A stretch of 63,138 bases of DNA, counting the filler, from Neoconidiobolus thromboides FSU 785 (Eukaryota > Fungi > Entomophthoromycota), in assembly GCA_025603075.1 (NCBI GenBank). It is 9 parts of 9 records of this genome, joined end to end, with 100 filler letters (N's around TTAATTAATTAA, not from the genome) between each part and the next. Parts side by side here need not be neighbours in the genome. Positions count along the whole stretch, not along the records: positions 7,904 to 25,115 come from MU626581.1; 8 more parts are not named here. The stretch is one strand, 5' to 3'. The position numbers and the translations under genes are program-made. Under the pieces are notes generated by a model. That model was given only the letters and a program-made list of their open reading frames with translations, was not told the origin of the DNA and searched no databases. Shown piece by piece: positions 10,523 through 23,559 of the stretch. Each line of letters starts with the position of its first letter. Within the stretch, counting starts at the first letter, position 1.

Positions 10523-12568
10523 ATGGAAGAAGCGAACACACTAAATGATGAATATAATGCACTACTCCCATCAGAAGTGGCTGAAATGCAAGTGATACCA
10601 GTTGCTCCTTTATATGCACGTATTCGTTCAACTGTGAAAAGAGACTTTGATACAGCTTATACTTATGACCAACTTACCTCGCCAGAAATTAGAGCCAAAT
10701 TGCTAGTACCTATAGTAAATTTTTTATTACAATCTAAAAATAAATCCGCTATTTTTTGCTGTCTTTTAAACTCTTGGGATTTTAAAAGAGATGAATTTAA
10801 AGAAGTGGGTATGAATGACATTTATGCTACTCGTGCTTTAGCATGTGAGCTTTTAGCTGTTGAATTATTAGGCTATTATGGCTCTAACCTTCAGCTTCTT
10901 ATTCATATGCTCACTTTCGAATTTTCACCATATCAAGGAATTGAAGAAATTGATCCTATTAGAGGGCCCGATATTTCCCCTTTAGATGATGACATCAGAG
11001 ACAGTCCAGTAAAGCAAACTGATAGGTTGAGATTTATCTCTGCTCTTGGTATCGCATGCCGCTCTCACTCCAAAGTTTTCTCTGCAAGCCCACTAGTACA
11101 AATAATTATTCAGAAGATTTGGCGTGGAGATATTGTATTTTATTCTAAGCAGATTGACAGTGATCAGTATTATTGCGCATATGAGAATTCCACGTTATCC
11201 CCACAAGCCAAAGCTCGCCTTAAAGCTAATATTGGGTTGCATTCTGAATTGCCTAATAGATTTGGTGGGATTTTCCGAGCTTCACGACTTAGAGTTCCAG
11301 TTTATCAAAATTCGTTAAATATTTTTTTTTACTTTTTATTAATATTTGTTTATACTTTAGTTTTGAATTCTAAATCAGTTCATTTCAACTGGCAAGAAGG
11401 GCTCTTGTTGGTTTTTACAATAGCATTTACCATTGATGAACTTCGTCAATTGAATAGCTCAGGGATTCGGTTTTATTTTCAAAGTTTTTGGAATTTTTTA
11501 GATATTGGAATATACTCAATTTTTATTACTTATTTTATTTTACGACTTGTTTCAATTTCTTCATATAACGCAGATTATTCGACCTATGCTCATGACTTGT
11601 TGTCTTGCAATGCCATTTTTATGTGGCCTCGAGTACTAATGATATTAGATGGGTACCCATTTTTTGGTATACTTATAATTACTTTAAAACATATGTTTAT
11701 GGATGCTACTTTATTTTTTACAATGGCTATTATAATTTTTATCGGGTTCTTTCAGGCTTTTATGAGCCTTGATTATAATAGTCCGCTTGAAGATGGCAGC
11801 TATCTTGACGTTAGATATACTTTTATGATGATGACGCGTATTTTCTTTGGTTCAGCTTATATTGGATTTGATCACCTTGGTAATTTTCGTACAATTATTG
11901 GCTCGTTCGTTATGTTTCTATATATAGCACTCACTGCTTTGTTTTTAATGACAATACTAATGTCTATTTTCAATGAGTCATTTTCAACAATTTACAAAAA
12001 TGCAACTAAAGAGCATTTATTTAATTTTACCACTAAAGTTATGGAGTTTATTGAAAGCGAATACCTATTTCCTTTTGTTCCTCCATTCAATTTAGTTCAA
12101 ATACTTTTTGTATACCCTTTCCATCCTTTCCTCTCACATAGAGCATATGCCTTTTTAAATCGTACCTTGATAAGGATCGTCTTTGGGCCGTTTTTAATAC
12201 TTATATATCTTTATGAACGTGTGTTTACGCGTCAATCTAGATCTACAGCTTCAATCTTGATGACTGGAACACGAGGCACCTTACATCGATCTATTAGTTT
12301 ACCTTCTCATGTAACTGGAGCCTTTAAAGTTTCTGATAGTGGAAGCGATTCTTCTACTTCAAGATCAGCTTCAGAAATTTTGCAAGAACATATGGGACTT
12401 CTTATGCGTAGTGCAGTAAGTGGGATTGACTTGCCGGCCTCCCATCCAATAGCGCCTGCTCCCCCTCCACCTTCTGTAACTAAACAAATTCAAAATTTGG
12501 AAGCTAAATGTCAAAAGTTAGAATCTAAACTTGATAAAATATTATCGCTATTAGAATCTAATTTTTAA
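10523..12568 (+). CDS. YVC1: Yvc1/TRPY1-like vacuolar cation (TRP) channel, 681 aa
   Basis: Single long ORF: N-terminal LTSPEIR...RALACELLA region, IWRGDIVF, RLRVPVYQ, six TM segments with FWNFLDI and pore-side MMTRIFFG..YIGF, and a C-terminal coiled coil. Confidence 0.8.
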   Translation: MEEANTLNDEYNALLPSEVAEMQVIPVAPLYARIRSTVKRDFDTAYTYDQLTSPEIRAKLLVPIVNFLLQSKNKSAIFCCLLNSWDFKRDEFKEVGMNDIYATRALACELLAVELLGYYGSNLQLLIHMLTFEFSPYQGIEEIDPIRGPDISPLDDDIRDSPVKQTDRLRFISALGIACRSHSKVFSASPLVQIIIQKIWRGDIVFYSKQIDSDQYYCAYENSTLSPQAKARLKANIGLHSELPNRFGGIFRASRLRVPVYQNSLNIFFYFLLIFVYTLVLNSKSVHFNWQEGLLLVFTIAFTIDELRQLNSSGIRFYFQSFWNFLDIGIYSIFITYFILRLVSISSYNADYSTYAHDLLSCNAIFMWPRVLMILDGYPFFGILIITLKHMFMDATLFFTMAIIIFIGFFQAFMSLDYNSPLEDGSYLDVRYTFMMMTRIFFGSAYIGFDHLGNFRTIIGSFVMFLYIALTALFLMTILMSIFNESFSTIYKNATKEHLFNFTTKVMEFIESEYLFPFVPPFNLVQILFVYPFHPFLSHRAYAFLNRTLIRIVFGPFLILIYLYERVFTRQSRSTASILMTGTRGTLHRSISLPSHVTGAFKVSDSGSDSSTSRSASEILQEHMGLLMRSAVSGIDLPASHPIAPAPPPPSVTKQIQNLEAKCQKLESKLDKILSLLESNF

Positions 12569-12692
12569 CTAACATAAAAACCTTTGTGTTTATAAGTTAA
12601 AGTAGGTTTTATAATATTATATTCAATAAATACATGTGTTCCATCTTTAATTTTTAATATAAATATAATATTAATATTCTAAAAATAATACT

Positions 12693-12788
12693 AGGGATGT
12701 TTTTTTAGCTTCATCACTTTTTCCATCTTTTAAGCACTATTTGAGTAGAAATTATTAGTGAAATCCTTAAACATAAAAATACATCCCC
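12693..12788 (+). mobile_element. MITE family A copy
   Basis: AGGGATGT...ACATCCCC; no clear TSD. Confidence 0.85.
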
Positions 12789-13100
12789 ACTCTAAACAAT
12801 ACTTGAAACTAATAAGTTTCAATAATAAGTTGATGTATCAAATCTTTAATATAGACATGTAGCTATTCTATAACTATAAGTACTTTATTATAACGTAGGC
12901 ATTTTCTAATTTTATTTATAAAAAAACCAAATGCTTATTCAATTAATATCATTATTGTAAAGTAAAATGATATTTGATAAATGAGTATAATCATCAACTA
13001 AATAAATAATAGAAAACAAGCAAAGTTAAGTTAGAATCAAAATCAATTAATCAGTACTATAAATTCAAAATAATGATATAGCAAATCATAAAAGTAGCGA

Positions 13101-14540
13101 CTAGTTCAAAAACCTTGACGTTCTTTGCGAAGAAGTACGACGAGAAATCCCATTTTTAGAACGTGACTCAAAGATACCTAAATGGTTCTTATTAATTGTA
13201 GGTACATTAGCTGGATAAAGACAAGCCAATGGAAATGCCCCTGTTTTATCAGTACTTAAATTACGCCCTAAAGCCCACCCGTCATCAAAACGATGCCTTA
13301 CCTCAACCATATCTCCTTTTTCTAATGATATTTCATCTGGTAATACTGGTACATAGTTTGTGCTCACCACAAAAGATTCCATCTCGGAACTATCAGAGCT
13401 GTTTAATAATACCAATGGTGTTTGCGATGTATTAAAAGAATCCTGGTCCTCTAAAATATGATGTTCTGAAGTTTGTAGTATGTTTTCAATATCCTTTTTC
13501 TCTAGTTTTTTTAAACTTGAGGTTGATTTCATTGACCTGCTAATTGATTCCTCAATTGATTGTTTGTCCATTTTGAAATTTTTACCATTTAAAAGTGGGT
13601 TTTTGTAAGCCAACCTTGCTTTGAAGAACAATATTGCAGATATTATGCCAATGATTAAAGATAGTCCAAAAATTACTATTGATGATACAAAAATTGGGTC
13701 TTTTGTTGTTAATCTAGGAACTTCTGGAGTAGGCTTTAATTCCTCTTTTTTCACACAATAATTATCAATATCCACTTTTGTACAGCAGTCGTCTGGTGAA
13801 CTTTTTTTACATAAATTGCATAATTCTTCTTTCTGGTAACTTAAATTAAATCCTAAGAAAATATTAATTTATAAATTTAAATAGTGATTATTTAGGATTA
13901 AAGATGGCTGCTTATTTGTAAACTAAAAAAAAATTATAATATACTTACCACAAGTTTTAGGCTCATTATCTTCTTTAGTTATACAAGCTGAATTGTTTAC
14001 TTCAACACATTTGAGCTGTTGACTTAGTAAGGATTTTGTAGCTTCTTGATTCGGACATTGGTTTGGATCATTTATATGTTGAAAAAAGACATCCCAAAAA
14101 CTTTGACAAACAGACCCACATAAAGGTTTAGGTAGGGGTAGTCCCCGATTACATTCTATGCCATTTTTAGAGGTAAGGAGCTTATAACATTCATACGATT
14201 TGCTGTACCTTATACTTTTAACATCTGTTGAACTTAAAGTAAAACCGCTACATCCAAGGTTTTTTGCTATATCCAGGATATAAAATGAAGACCCAACATA
14301 ATATTCGAAATATAATTTTAAACTTTGTGAGTCATCAATTTTGTAATTAGAAAATAAATCAATTGCAGGGAATTTATATTCTGAGTATCCTGGACAGATG
14401 CTTGAGTCTAATGTGTAGCATCCTTGAATTTTCTCTGGCGATGTCAAACCCGATTGAACATCTTCTCCTCTTAGTAATAGGATTAGCATTGAGATAATGA
14501 TGCAAAAGTTGATAACTCCTTGTTTTTTATTTAAGGCCAT
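13101..14540 (-). CDS. Type I membrane protein: signal peptide, Cys-rich (frizzled-like) ectodomain, TM, cytoplasmic SH3; 447 aa, 2 exons (14540-13949, 13852-13101)
   Basis: A 96-bp GT-AG intron joins the two track ORFs in frame (TCG|FNLS). 16 ectodomain Cys; TM IFVSSIVIFGLSLIIGIISAILFF; SH3 NYVPVLPDEISLEKGDMVEV...DDGWALG...GAFPLACL. Confidence 0.85.
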
Positions 14541-17500
14541 TTTGTTCTAAATAACTGTATTAACTCTATGTTTAAAATTAGGTCGTGTTATAATGTGCTT
14601 TGAAGTTGATTCTTTTTATATCAATTATAAACTAAATAATAGATATGTTGTAAATAAATTAATTAAAAAAACAAAACGTATTTTATTGAAAAACCTCAGC
14701 TTAGATAATAAATTAATTTTGAGAACTTAATTCATAGAAAGAGGTATTGGCTTAAAAAGAGATTTAAAAGAAAGCTGATACTTGAGGTACTATGATTTAT
14801 TTTGACCCAGATTCATTTTTTAATATTTAGAGCCTATTTATTGAACTCGTGAAGTAATGCTGTTAATAGTATATTTAGACTTTAATTCAAATGTGCTATA
14901 TGTAACGTTTTATGAGTCGTCTATTTTTAGAGCAAGTTAACTTTTTCTAATAAGAAAATAAAATATTCGTTAAACTAAATTAGCCAATAAAGTTAAGCAA
15001 TTAGGCAATAATTTTGGCTTTACCAAAGACTCAAATAATAAAAGTTTCAATTACATCAAGTCCTTTGATTAAAGAACTTATTAAATTCTGTCTTATTTTA
15101 GATATGGCAAATTAGCTATGGGCACCAATCATAAGCTGATACTTTTAGTTTAAATCGCTATAGATGTTTAAGTTCAAATGTAGATAGAGTTAACTATCCA
15201 TTTGATAATAAGTATCAACTGTTAAGCCTCAAACCAGCGTAATAGCACAAATTATTAATCATAGAAACTGTAATATCCAGTACATATTTGAACTTAATCA
15301 GGTGTATCGCTAAGTAAAAAGAGGGTATTAATCAAATGTATTTAGTGACACTATACTTTGATATTTATGCTAAAAAATTTAACTTCTTAACATTAAGATT
15401 ATTCTAAAACCTTGTAAATGCTTTTTTTTGAAAATACTGAAAGGAATGAAACTCACAAGCGGTTTTATTATGTAAGAAAGCTAAAGGAAATTGATAAAAA
15501 GTTAGATAAAGTAAGGTTGGTAAAATAATAAGGTAAAGGGATTGTATGGCAAGGAGAGAAATAAACACCATTTTGTCCGTTTTAATAAGACATGACTTCA
15601 AGAAACAGAGGAGGATTTTACTATGTGTATTAGCCAAAATATGAAACAATGAAGCAATGATAGAAAAGAAACATATATATTATCAATAGATGATTCAGGA
15701 TAAAAGCAACATTTAGCTCAAAGGCCTGTGACTATGATAAAACCTTCAGATAAAAGTCAAAATGAATGTGAGGTGATTGACAATTGTTTATAAGATGGTA
15801 AGTTTATTTTAAAATTGAGTGTAATAGAGGTTTTATTAATAAAGTTCTTAGATTTTATACTATATTTCTTAAAGTGTAATATCTTATGTTACTGTTTTCA
15901 CACTTTTCAAGTACCTAAAGTATGTAGCTTTTTTACAATGTTCTTACTATTAAAACTCTAGAAATCTCAGCTTTCATATTATTCTGACTTTGAACAGGAT
16001 AAGTTGAAAATAAAATTCCTTGATACTTTTAATACCTCTGTATTTAAAATCTGAGAGTGTAGACTATTCTATTTAGTCTTTTGGATACTAGTGATAAGTG
16101 TGACTTATCGTGGTTTATTTTAGAACTAATCTGATATCTAAAGAGTCAAGTATCTCTATTAAAATATAATTATAGTTATTATTTTATTAAACAGCTTATT
16201 GGAGCTTTGAATTTCAGTTTTGAAGTATATGAAACAGTCAATTGGTAATAGAAACTAGAATATATAATTTCAAGGCACTAAAAACTGAAATAGATATTAT
16301 TCAAAACTTTTATTATTACTTTTTCATTTTTATACACCTTTTTTTACAAATGCATATCAACAAGCATCAGCAACTACAAGCAAAAAAAACAAAACTAAAA
16401 ACCCCTTGCTTTCTGCTAAGTTTTTAAATTATTCAAAATTATAAAAATTTCGGTTATAATATGTTTGTAAAAAGATGGACCTTATTACAGCCATTAAAAA
16501 TCTCATAATTTGAAATAATAGTAATAGTGTATAAATATTAACTTTACTAAAGATTTTAAGCTTTGTAAAATTTGCCTACCTTAATACGTCATTAAATATT
16601 AGCTTACATAAAATTATTATAAATTATTACAGTTTAAATATTAAATATCATTTAACTTTATTCGCTATATCTGGTATTTGTCATTATTCTAACTTTATAC
16701 TATAACTAGAGGCATTTATACCGGTTTTACTTTGTTTAACTTTACATACATTTTAAGAGATTTTATAACAAATTATTTTTTATATATCAATATTGATAAT
16801 ATATTAATAGATCCCAAAACTTGAATTTAATAGACTGAAACATTCAAAAAATGTTAAGATTTTATGGTTAAATCTTTTTTATTTTTAAAATAGTACTATT
16901 TTAGTACCCTTTTACTTGGTTTTAACCCAAAACGGTACTTTTGTTACTAACTATAAACCCATGGAATAGTCACTATTTTTATATTGTTACAACTAACCCT
17001 TATCTTAAAATAGTTCATCAACAAACAGTATTTGGATTCTATTCTTTACTTTGATTAATATAACTCAGATAAAAATTCCTTTGTTATATAATACAAATAT
17101 AGGATAAAATCAATAAGTGAATTACGTCAATAATGCGAATACTATATTTTTAGAGGATACTATTCTAGCTACTTTTACATAATAATCATATAGTATTCTG
17201 ATAGTTATGTATAGTAATCCATATAATTTCAAATCAAATTGATAATGAAGCTTCACGTGAGTGTAGTAAAATTTAATATGATTCGATTTAATTATTACAG
17301 TTAAAGGAAAGGAACAAAATATTTGGAATTAAAGGCAAAAGCAAAAAGGAACAGTTTAAAAAAAAAGTTAGCTCAGAATAGTAAAGGGTTAAAAATAATG
17401 AGATTTTAAACTCGGTCAAATCCAAATCGATAAAAAGTGTTAGTTATTATAATTATAGTGTTTTTTTGCTACATTCTCCTTTTATTCCATGAAATAGAGG

Positions 17501-18000
17501 CTTAACTATTAATTAGTTTTAGAATTGATATTAAATCTGATATCAAGGGGGATAAGTTTCTCAAATATATAGAGTCTTAGTATATTGTTAAATTCAGATT
17601 TTATAATTCAAATACCATCTTGGGTGGTGTAGCACCACTTACCATATTTTTATTGTGCTATTAAGGAGTAGCTAAATAATGTTTTAATCTTCACTTCAAC
17701 CTGAAGCATAGTTTAACCTACCTTTGTCTTTTACTCCTTAAATCTATAAAAAATTTAAAATTAACACATCCTCATTCACCCAATGCTTTATGCGACCAAT
17801 ATGCAATAAATCTAATTGGGTGAGATGAAATCATTTTTAGCTTAAAAAATAAAAGTAAAAACTCAAAAAGCAGAAAACAGCTATATAAAAGTGGGGAAAA
17901 GAAATCAATGAATCAATATTTTTGGAACCGTAGCGAATATATATAACTTAACATCTTATCCGATCTAAACTAACTTTTATTTTTTTCTAAATTATAAAAT

Positions 18001-18477
18001 ATGACTTTTGACCTTTACAATATTCATGAATCTAGCTTAAGAAAGAGTAACTTACGCCAATATATTTACTCTACTGGCTATAGCTCCTCACTGGCTTTAA
18101 TTAGTTTCCTGGTGATAATTAATGAAAGCCTTATGTATATTAAAGGTCAAGAACTATCGTGTTTGTCTGTTTTATCAATCATTTCATTGGTGTATTCTTT
18201 ATTATTGTTGGAATTCAATGAATTTAACAAAAGATATAACTTTGAAATCTTTAGGATTCTTTCTTTCCCTGGTATAATGGAGATTTCTGCACTTCTCTTA
18301 TCTATGCTTTGGTTTTTGTCAACCTTCGGAACTTTAATATTTAGTTCACCAATTAACAATACTCCATTCCACCCCCTCCCTTACGCTTTACCTATGTTAA
18401 GCTCAATCAATTTTTTATTATGGGGTTCCTTCCCATTCGTTGGTATGTTACCAAGTGCTTCTGGATACCTTTATTAA
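18001..18477 (+). CDS. Hypothetical 4-TM membrane protein, MARVEL-like topology (158 aa)
   Basis: ATG-TAA ORF long for this AT content. Four hydrophobic segments; TM3 E...LWF and TM4 NFLLW resemble MARVEL domains. Family call is tentative. Confidence 0.5.
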   Translation: MTFDLYNIHESSLRKSNLRQYIYSTGYSSSLALISFLVIINESLMYIKGQELSCLSVLSIISLVYSLLLLEFNEFNKRYNFEIFRILSFPGIMEISALLLSMLWFLSTFGTLIFSSPINNTPFHPLPYALPMLSSINFLLWGSFPFVGMLPSASGYLY

Positions 18478-19208
18478 TTTTATTTACTTATTTTATCGTT
18501 ATTTTTTTTGATTCATTCTGAGAATGAACCTATTTTTCGCACCTATATTAAATTCCAGTGCTCAATAAAACTAAAAATTTCAACCCTTGAATATTATTTC
18601 GTATTTTGTATTAATATTGATAATGCAAGTTATTTGAATTACTATTAAGTATAACTGGGGATAAAAAATTGGTAAGCAATGAGTTTGTTATGAAATTTTT
18701 TAACATTCCAATCCCTTCAGCATGCTTTGGAATACTAATCTTTAATCAAAAGATATTTTACATTAACTCTATTTATCTTTTAACTTTTTTTTGGTTAATT
18801 CTAACTTGATTATTATCTTTGAGTCAGGTATTCGAACAAATAAGATTAAAAAAATTCAATGTTAATATTTGTTTTATAAATAGCTATGATCTTTTATGTA
18901 AAAATAGGATTTAATTAATTAAATATGCAAATAGTACATTTTTAATCAATTAATTATATTACTTGGGCTCTAATATATTCAATAATAATTTTAATTAACA
19001 TTTAGATAGCTTTATTATATAAGCGTTACCCCTTGAATAAAAAGTTGAACTCTAAAAATATCTCACTAAATAATTTATAGATGTAATTATTGTTTATAAA
19101 CACAAAAATCATAATTGTAATAATACATCTTATTTGTATGAATTATTTGGTGTTTTTGATAAGGGGATTAATCTATCACAAAAGATAATATTAAACAATT
19201 TACTATAC

Positions 19209-19304
19209 GGGAATGTGTTTTCATGTTTAAAAATTTTACTAATAATTTTTCCACTCAAATGGCGCTTAAAAGATAGAAAAGTGAAGCCAGAAAAAGACAT
19301 CCCC
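19209..19304 (-). mobile_element. MITE family A copy
   Basis: Flanks ATAC/ATAT. Confidence 0.85.
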
Positions 19305-19463
19305 ATATTTTCAAATTTTTGATAATTTACTATGTTTAAATGAGCTCTAATTAACTTTTGTTTAAAAATAAGTTTAAGCTTTAAGCTTTAAATCAGTCTA
19401 ATAGTAAAAACTATTGGTATTCAGTGCTTCTTTAACCTTAAACAGCTGTAAAAAGAAACATTT

Positions 19464-19562
19464 GGGAGTGTTTTTTTCGGCTTCATTATTCTTTCCATCT
19501 TTTAAGCGCTATTCGAGTGGAAAACTTGTTAGTAAAATTCTTAAACAAAAAAATATATCCCC
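19464..19562 (+). mobile_element. MITE family A copy
   Basis: TSD ATTT/ATTT. Confidence 0.88.
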
Positions 19563-20365
19563 ATTTAATCAAATTAAACATTCAATGAACCAATGTATTT
19601 ATCAATTTAATATAAAATATATCAGTAGGTTTTACTTAAATATAATGTTATATAGTTTTTTTAATCGGTTTAGTAATTTCCTATTTATAAGAGTTTCTTT
19701 TGTCAATTAAAAAAGTATATTCTCATATTTCTATCAAAAGTTAATGGGTTTTTTAAAGACTATAGTTTGTATTGACTTCCCAATAACAATAATATAAAAT
19801 TTCTAGTGTAAATATTAATGGAGTTATAAGCGTTTAAAGTTTAGGCAAATTTAGACTCTTTCTATTTACTTCCAGACTACTTGGTAAATGTTTACTGATT
19901 TCATTATAAACTTCCTAAGAAATATAAATAGCTTATAATATTATTAGTTTTTTTTAGATCTTATCATAGTTAATAAAACAATTTAAAACTTAATGAAATA
20001 GTAGGAAAATTTGAAGTTTTAATTTAAACTATTAACAAAACTTTATGAAAATATAAATCATAGGAAAAATAATCAAATATATTTATTTAAATTATATTAA
20101 TATAAAAATCTTTGTTAAACTTAGTCACTATAAAGATATTTTATACTAATATCATTTTTACTTTACTTTATTAAACCAATAGTAATTTGAAACCTTATAG
20201 TTCAATATTAATAAAGAAAGAACTGTTCTTATTTTGTATATTCTACAAATAATTTTTTTTTCAAATTAAGTAAAATTTATTTGAATGAGTTATACCTTGG
20301 TTTCCTTATTGTCTTTTTATTTTAAAAAAATCTTCACTTTGGAAAACCTTAGAATTTTTATAAAT

Positions 20366-20459
20366 GGGGGTGTTTTTTTTGGCTTCACTTTTTCCATCTT
20401 TAAGCGCTATTCAAGTGAAAAAATTGTTAGTAAAATTCTAAATACGAAAATACATCTCC
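20366..20459 (+). mobile_element. MITE family A copy
   Basis: TSD AAAT/AAAT. Confidence 0.88.
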
Positions 20460-20924
20460 AAATTAAGCAAAAATATCCACTTTTTATAATCAATATGTAG
20501 TTTAGATTAAAAGCTTTTAATGAACTTTTTTTAAAAGTGATTACTCATTAAGATATAATTAACCATTCAAAGTTTCAATTTATTTTTTTAAATAAAATAA
20601 TGTATTTAAATTTTTAGATTTGAAACCTAAAATTTATTAGTAAAATTCCCAAAAATAACAAATTTAGTTGACACTTTTGTTAAAATTCATGTAACTCAAC
20701 TAGACTCTTTTCTGTTCAGAAAAGAGGATTAAAAAGATAAAACAAGTAGTATTCATATCCAATATAAGAATCATAAGGTCAAGTACTAAGATTGTTTTTT
20801 ATCTTTAACTCAAATGCTATATAATTCAATGATTTTTATACAAAAATATAGTATCAAATTTTAAATAAATTACTATAATATTTTTTAACAAGATGAAATT
20901 CTAAATTATTTAATTATCAAAAAA

Positions 20925-22692
20925 TCAAACAATAATTGTAGCAAAGTCAACAGTATGATTTTCAGGGTCTTTTCTAATTTCTTTGGTTTTGAACTCTACT
21001 TTAACGGTCCAGTTACCCTTTTTAGGGTTAGGAATGGTATACTGATTATGATATAAAAATTGATATTTGCTATTATAGTACCATGAAATGTTAAGACTTT
21101 CACCAGGTATTCTAGAGGAATAATCACGTAATTCACCAAGTTTAAGGGTTGATAAGTATATTCTCTTATTAGTGTATTCTAAAGAATCAATAAGAGAGAT
21201 ACGTTTAAGGAATTGTAACCACATGCCTTCTTTACAAACATTACAGAATGAAGAACTGGTCATATTTCTCATAAGGCACTTAGCATTGGTAGGACGATAG
21301 GTTTTTTTACGATTAATATCCCATGTTGGATAAGCAGAGTAGTTATCATTAGATACTTTGAATTCTCTTTCAGTACCAAATTCATGAAGAACAATATTAG
21401 CAATCATACGAGGTATACTTTTGTTTGTAGAATTAGTTTTACTTCTTATGGTAATTGTATGATTTCCAGCTGAAAAACCACGATTATCTTTCCATTCATA
21501 AAATTCACGATCATCGGATCCACGTGTTTTCCATGGAAGTACTTTTCCATCTAGAGTAAACTCTAAGCAATCTTCTTCTGCAGCCGCAGTAACAGAGGCT
21601 AGCATATACCAACGAGAATATTTTCCATCTGAAGTAAAGTTGAGGGAAACGGAGCCTTTACTTAAATCTTTCCATGGATAAGCTAATAAACGATAAATTG
21701 CTTTTTCTTCACGGACTGGACCATTAATCCAATGTTTCCAACCGACACTCTGAAGCTCTTGTGCTGCATTAACACCATCATAAACTTGACCATTATCATA
21801 TTCTTCACCAACATCCACAAAATTGTGTCCCATTTCATGTCTCAATACAACTGTACCAGTTCTAGCTGACTTAGTGGAAATAACAAATTCACCACCAAGA
21901 CCACCATAAAAATCATCGTTACCAATAATACTTGGATAATCGCAAGCATAATCACCAGTTAATTTGCAAACTTCTCGAGCATATTCTGGCTTTAATGGAA
22001 ATATACCACGAAGTTGACCAGCATCGCGAGTAAGTTGGAAGGCAGTATCTTTAGGTCCATCATATCCAATACCTGATTCTTTACTATCTACATGAATAGC
22101 CCAAATATTAAATAATGGTAACCAGGATTTAAAAGTAACACCTTCAAACATATCTTTCGTAAGACGTTGAATATCACTAAAGAATGAATCTTTTTGCTGA
22201 GCTGTATAACCATCGCCCATAAACACGACATCGATTCGATTTTTAGCATCGCCACCATCAATGATTTTACGTACTTCTGGATTATTAGGTAATGCAATAC
22301 GAGAATTAGATGGACTTTTTACTTTATTTATAACTTTACATATAGTGCTAATATAAGCATCCACTCCCTTTTTACTATTTCCAAATACTTCTACAATTGT
22401 GGATTTATCACTTAAGTTAATATCATTGTATGGTGTTGAAACGGCAGGTTTTGTAAAAACCCGAGTAATATTTTCATCTGAACCATTTAAACCTTTAAAT
22501 ATTACATCGTCTGATTCACTAATTACAGTGCATCCTTTATTTACATCTTGATTTTTATGTAATTTAGTGTAATGTACCTTGCTTGTACTATTAAAATATT
22601 TTAGAACTAATAATAATAAAAAGTAAATTCAATGCTTACACAGCAGATAATATCACTGAAAACAAGGTCAAATTAATCAAATTGGATTTCAT
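20925..22692 (-). CDS. Secreted M64 (IgA-peptidase family) metalloprotease, 571 aa, 2 exons (22692-22640, 22587-20925)
   Basis: Signal-peptide exon MKSNLINLTLFSVILSAV joined by a 52-bp intron. NRIDVVFMGDGYT, YYGGLGG-like FYGGLGG, HEMGH zinc motif, CLMRNM...FCNVC. Confidence 0.88.
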
Positions 22693-23559
22693 TAGATAAA
22701 AAAGTTAAGCAAAATTCGACTTTATAGCATCTATTTATACTTATTACTTTTATGCCATTTTTAAACAGTTCGCCTTTATAGCGATATGGGTTGCAATAAA
22801 AGGAGATAACTTAAATAGTAATCTTGCTTCAAAACAGAATTGTCAATACTCATTTTGATTTTAATTTTATAATTTTATTGTTTTTTAAAATTTAGTGCTA
22901 CCACCTGATCCATTTTAAAATCCATTTTTTGGCCTCAAGATCTAATTTTATTCTAAGTAAGCCGATGCCTTAAAATTAAAAGCTAAGTTTTACTTTTTAT
23001 TATTTAGATAGGAATTTAATAACTTCTATTCTTTCATATTATTTTTTAAATAAACAGAAAATATAATAATTATTATTCTTAATCAATTGTTGTTTTAATA
23101 ATAGGAACTATACCAATAGTATAGGATAAACTATTAGCTAATAGTGTGTTAAATTTGCTAATTTTAGAATTTTAGAAAACCATGGATTTTCAAATTTACT
23201 ATGAATTCGATCATTACTATTTTTGTGATTAAAATTTTATTTTCCTATAGAAACCGTATTAATATAATATTAGTTATTCGACAATACTTTAAACGATTTG
23301 TTTTTATTTAATATATGGGAAAAGTATGAAGCCAAAAAAAACATCCCCTCATATGATCATCTATTTTAATATTTTTTTATTTCATCATTTTAGATACCTT
23401 ACCTTTCCTTTTAATGAACTTGGAATTTTGCAGCTTTTTAAGCCCACAGTAATTTGCCATAAATTTTAATGTTTTATTATACTTAAGAATAAGCCACCTT
23501 TGATTTTAACGTTTTATTTCCTTTCAAATCAATCCTTTCTACCTTTAACTAATCAGTTT

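Noticed and set aside
15427-15800. Decayed frames with TAA/TAG where Gln would read well (also about 865-1080 + and 48550-48790 -), suggesting RIP-like CpA>TpA or stop-codon reassignment
   Set aside because: Stops are frequent by chance at this AT content, real genes end in TAA/TAG, and the LTR comparison points to CpG rather than CpA. A RIP-index calculation would be needed to revive the idea.
16885-16980. Cluster of short palindromes (TAAAATAGTACTATTTTA; AGTACC...GGTACT) and the 17771-17828 hairpin as ncRNA
   Set aside because: Short AT-rich stems with no family signature and no second copy.
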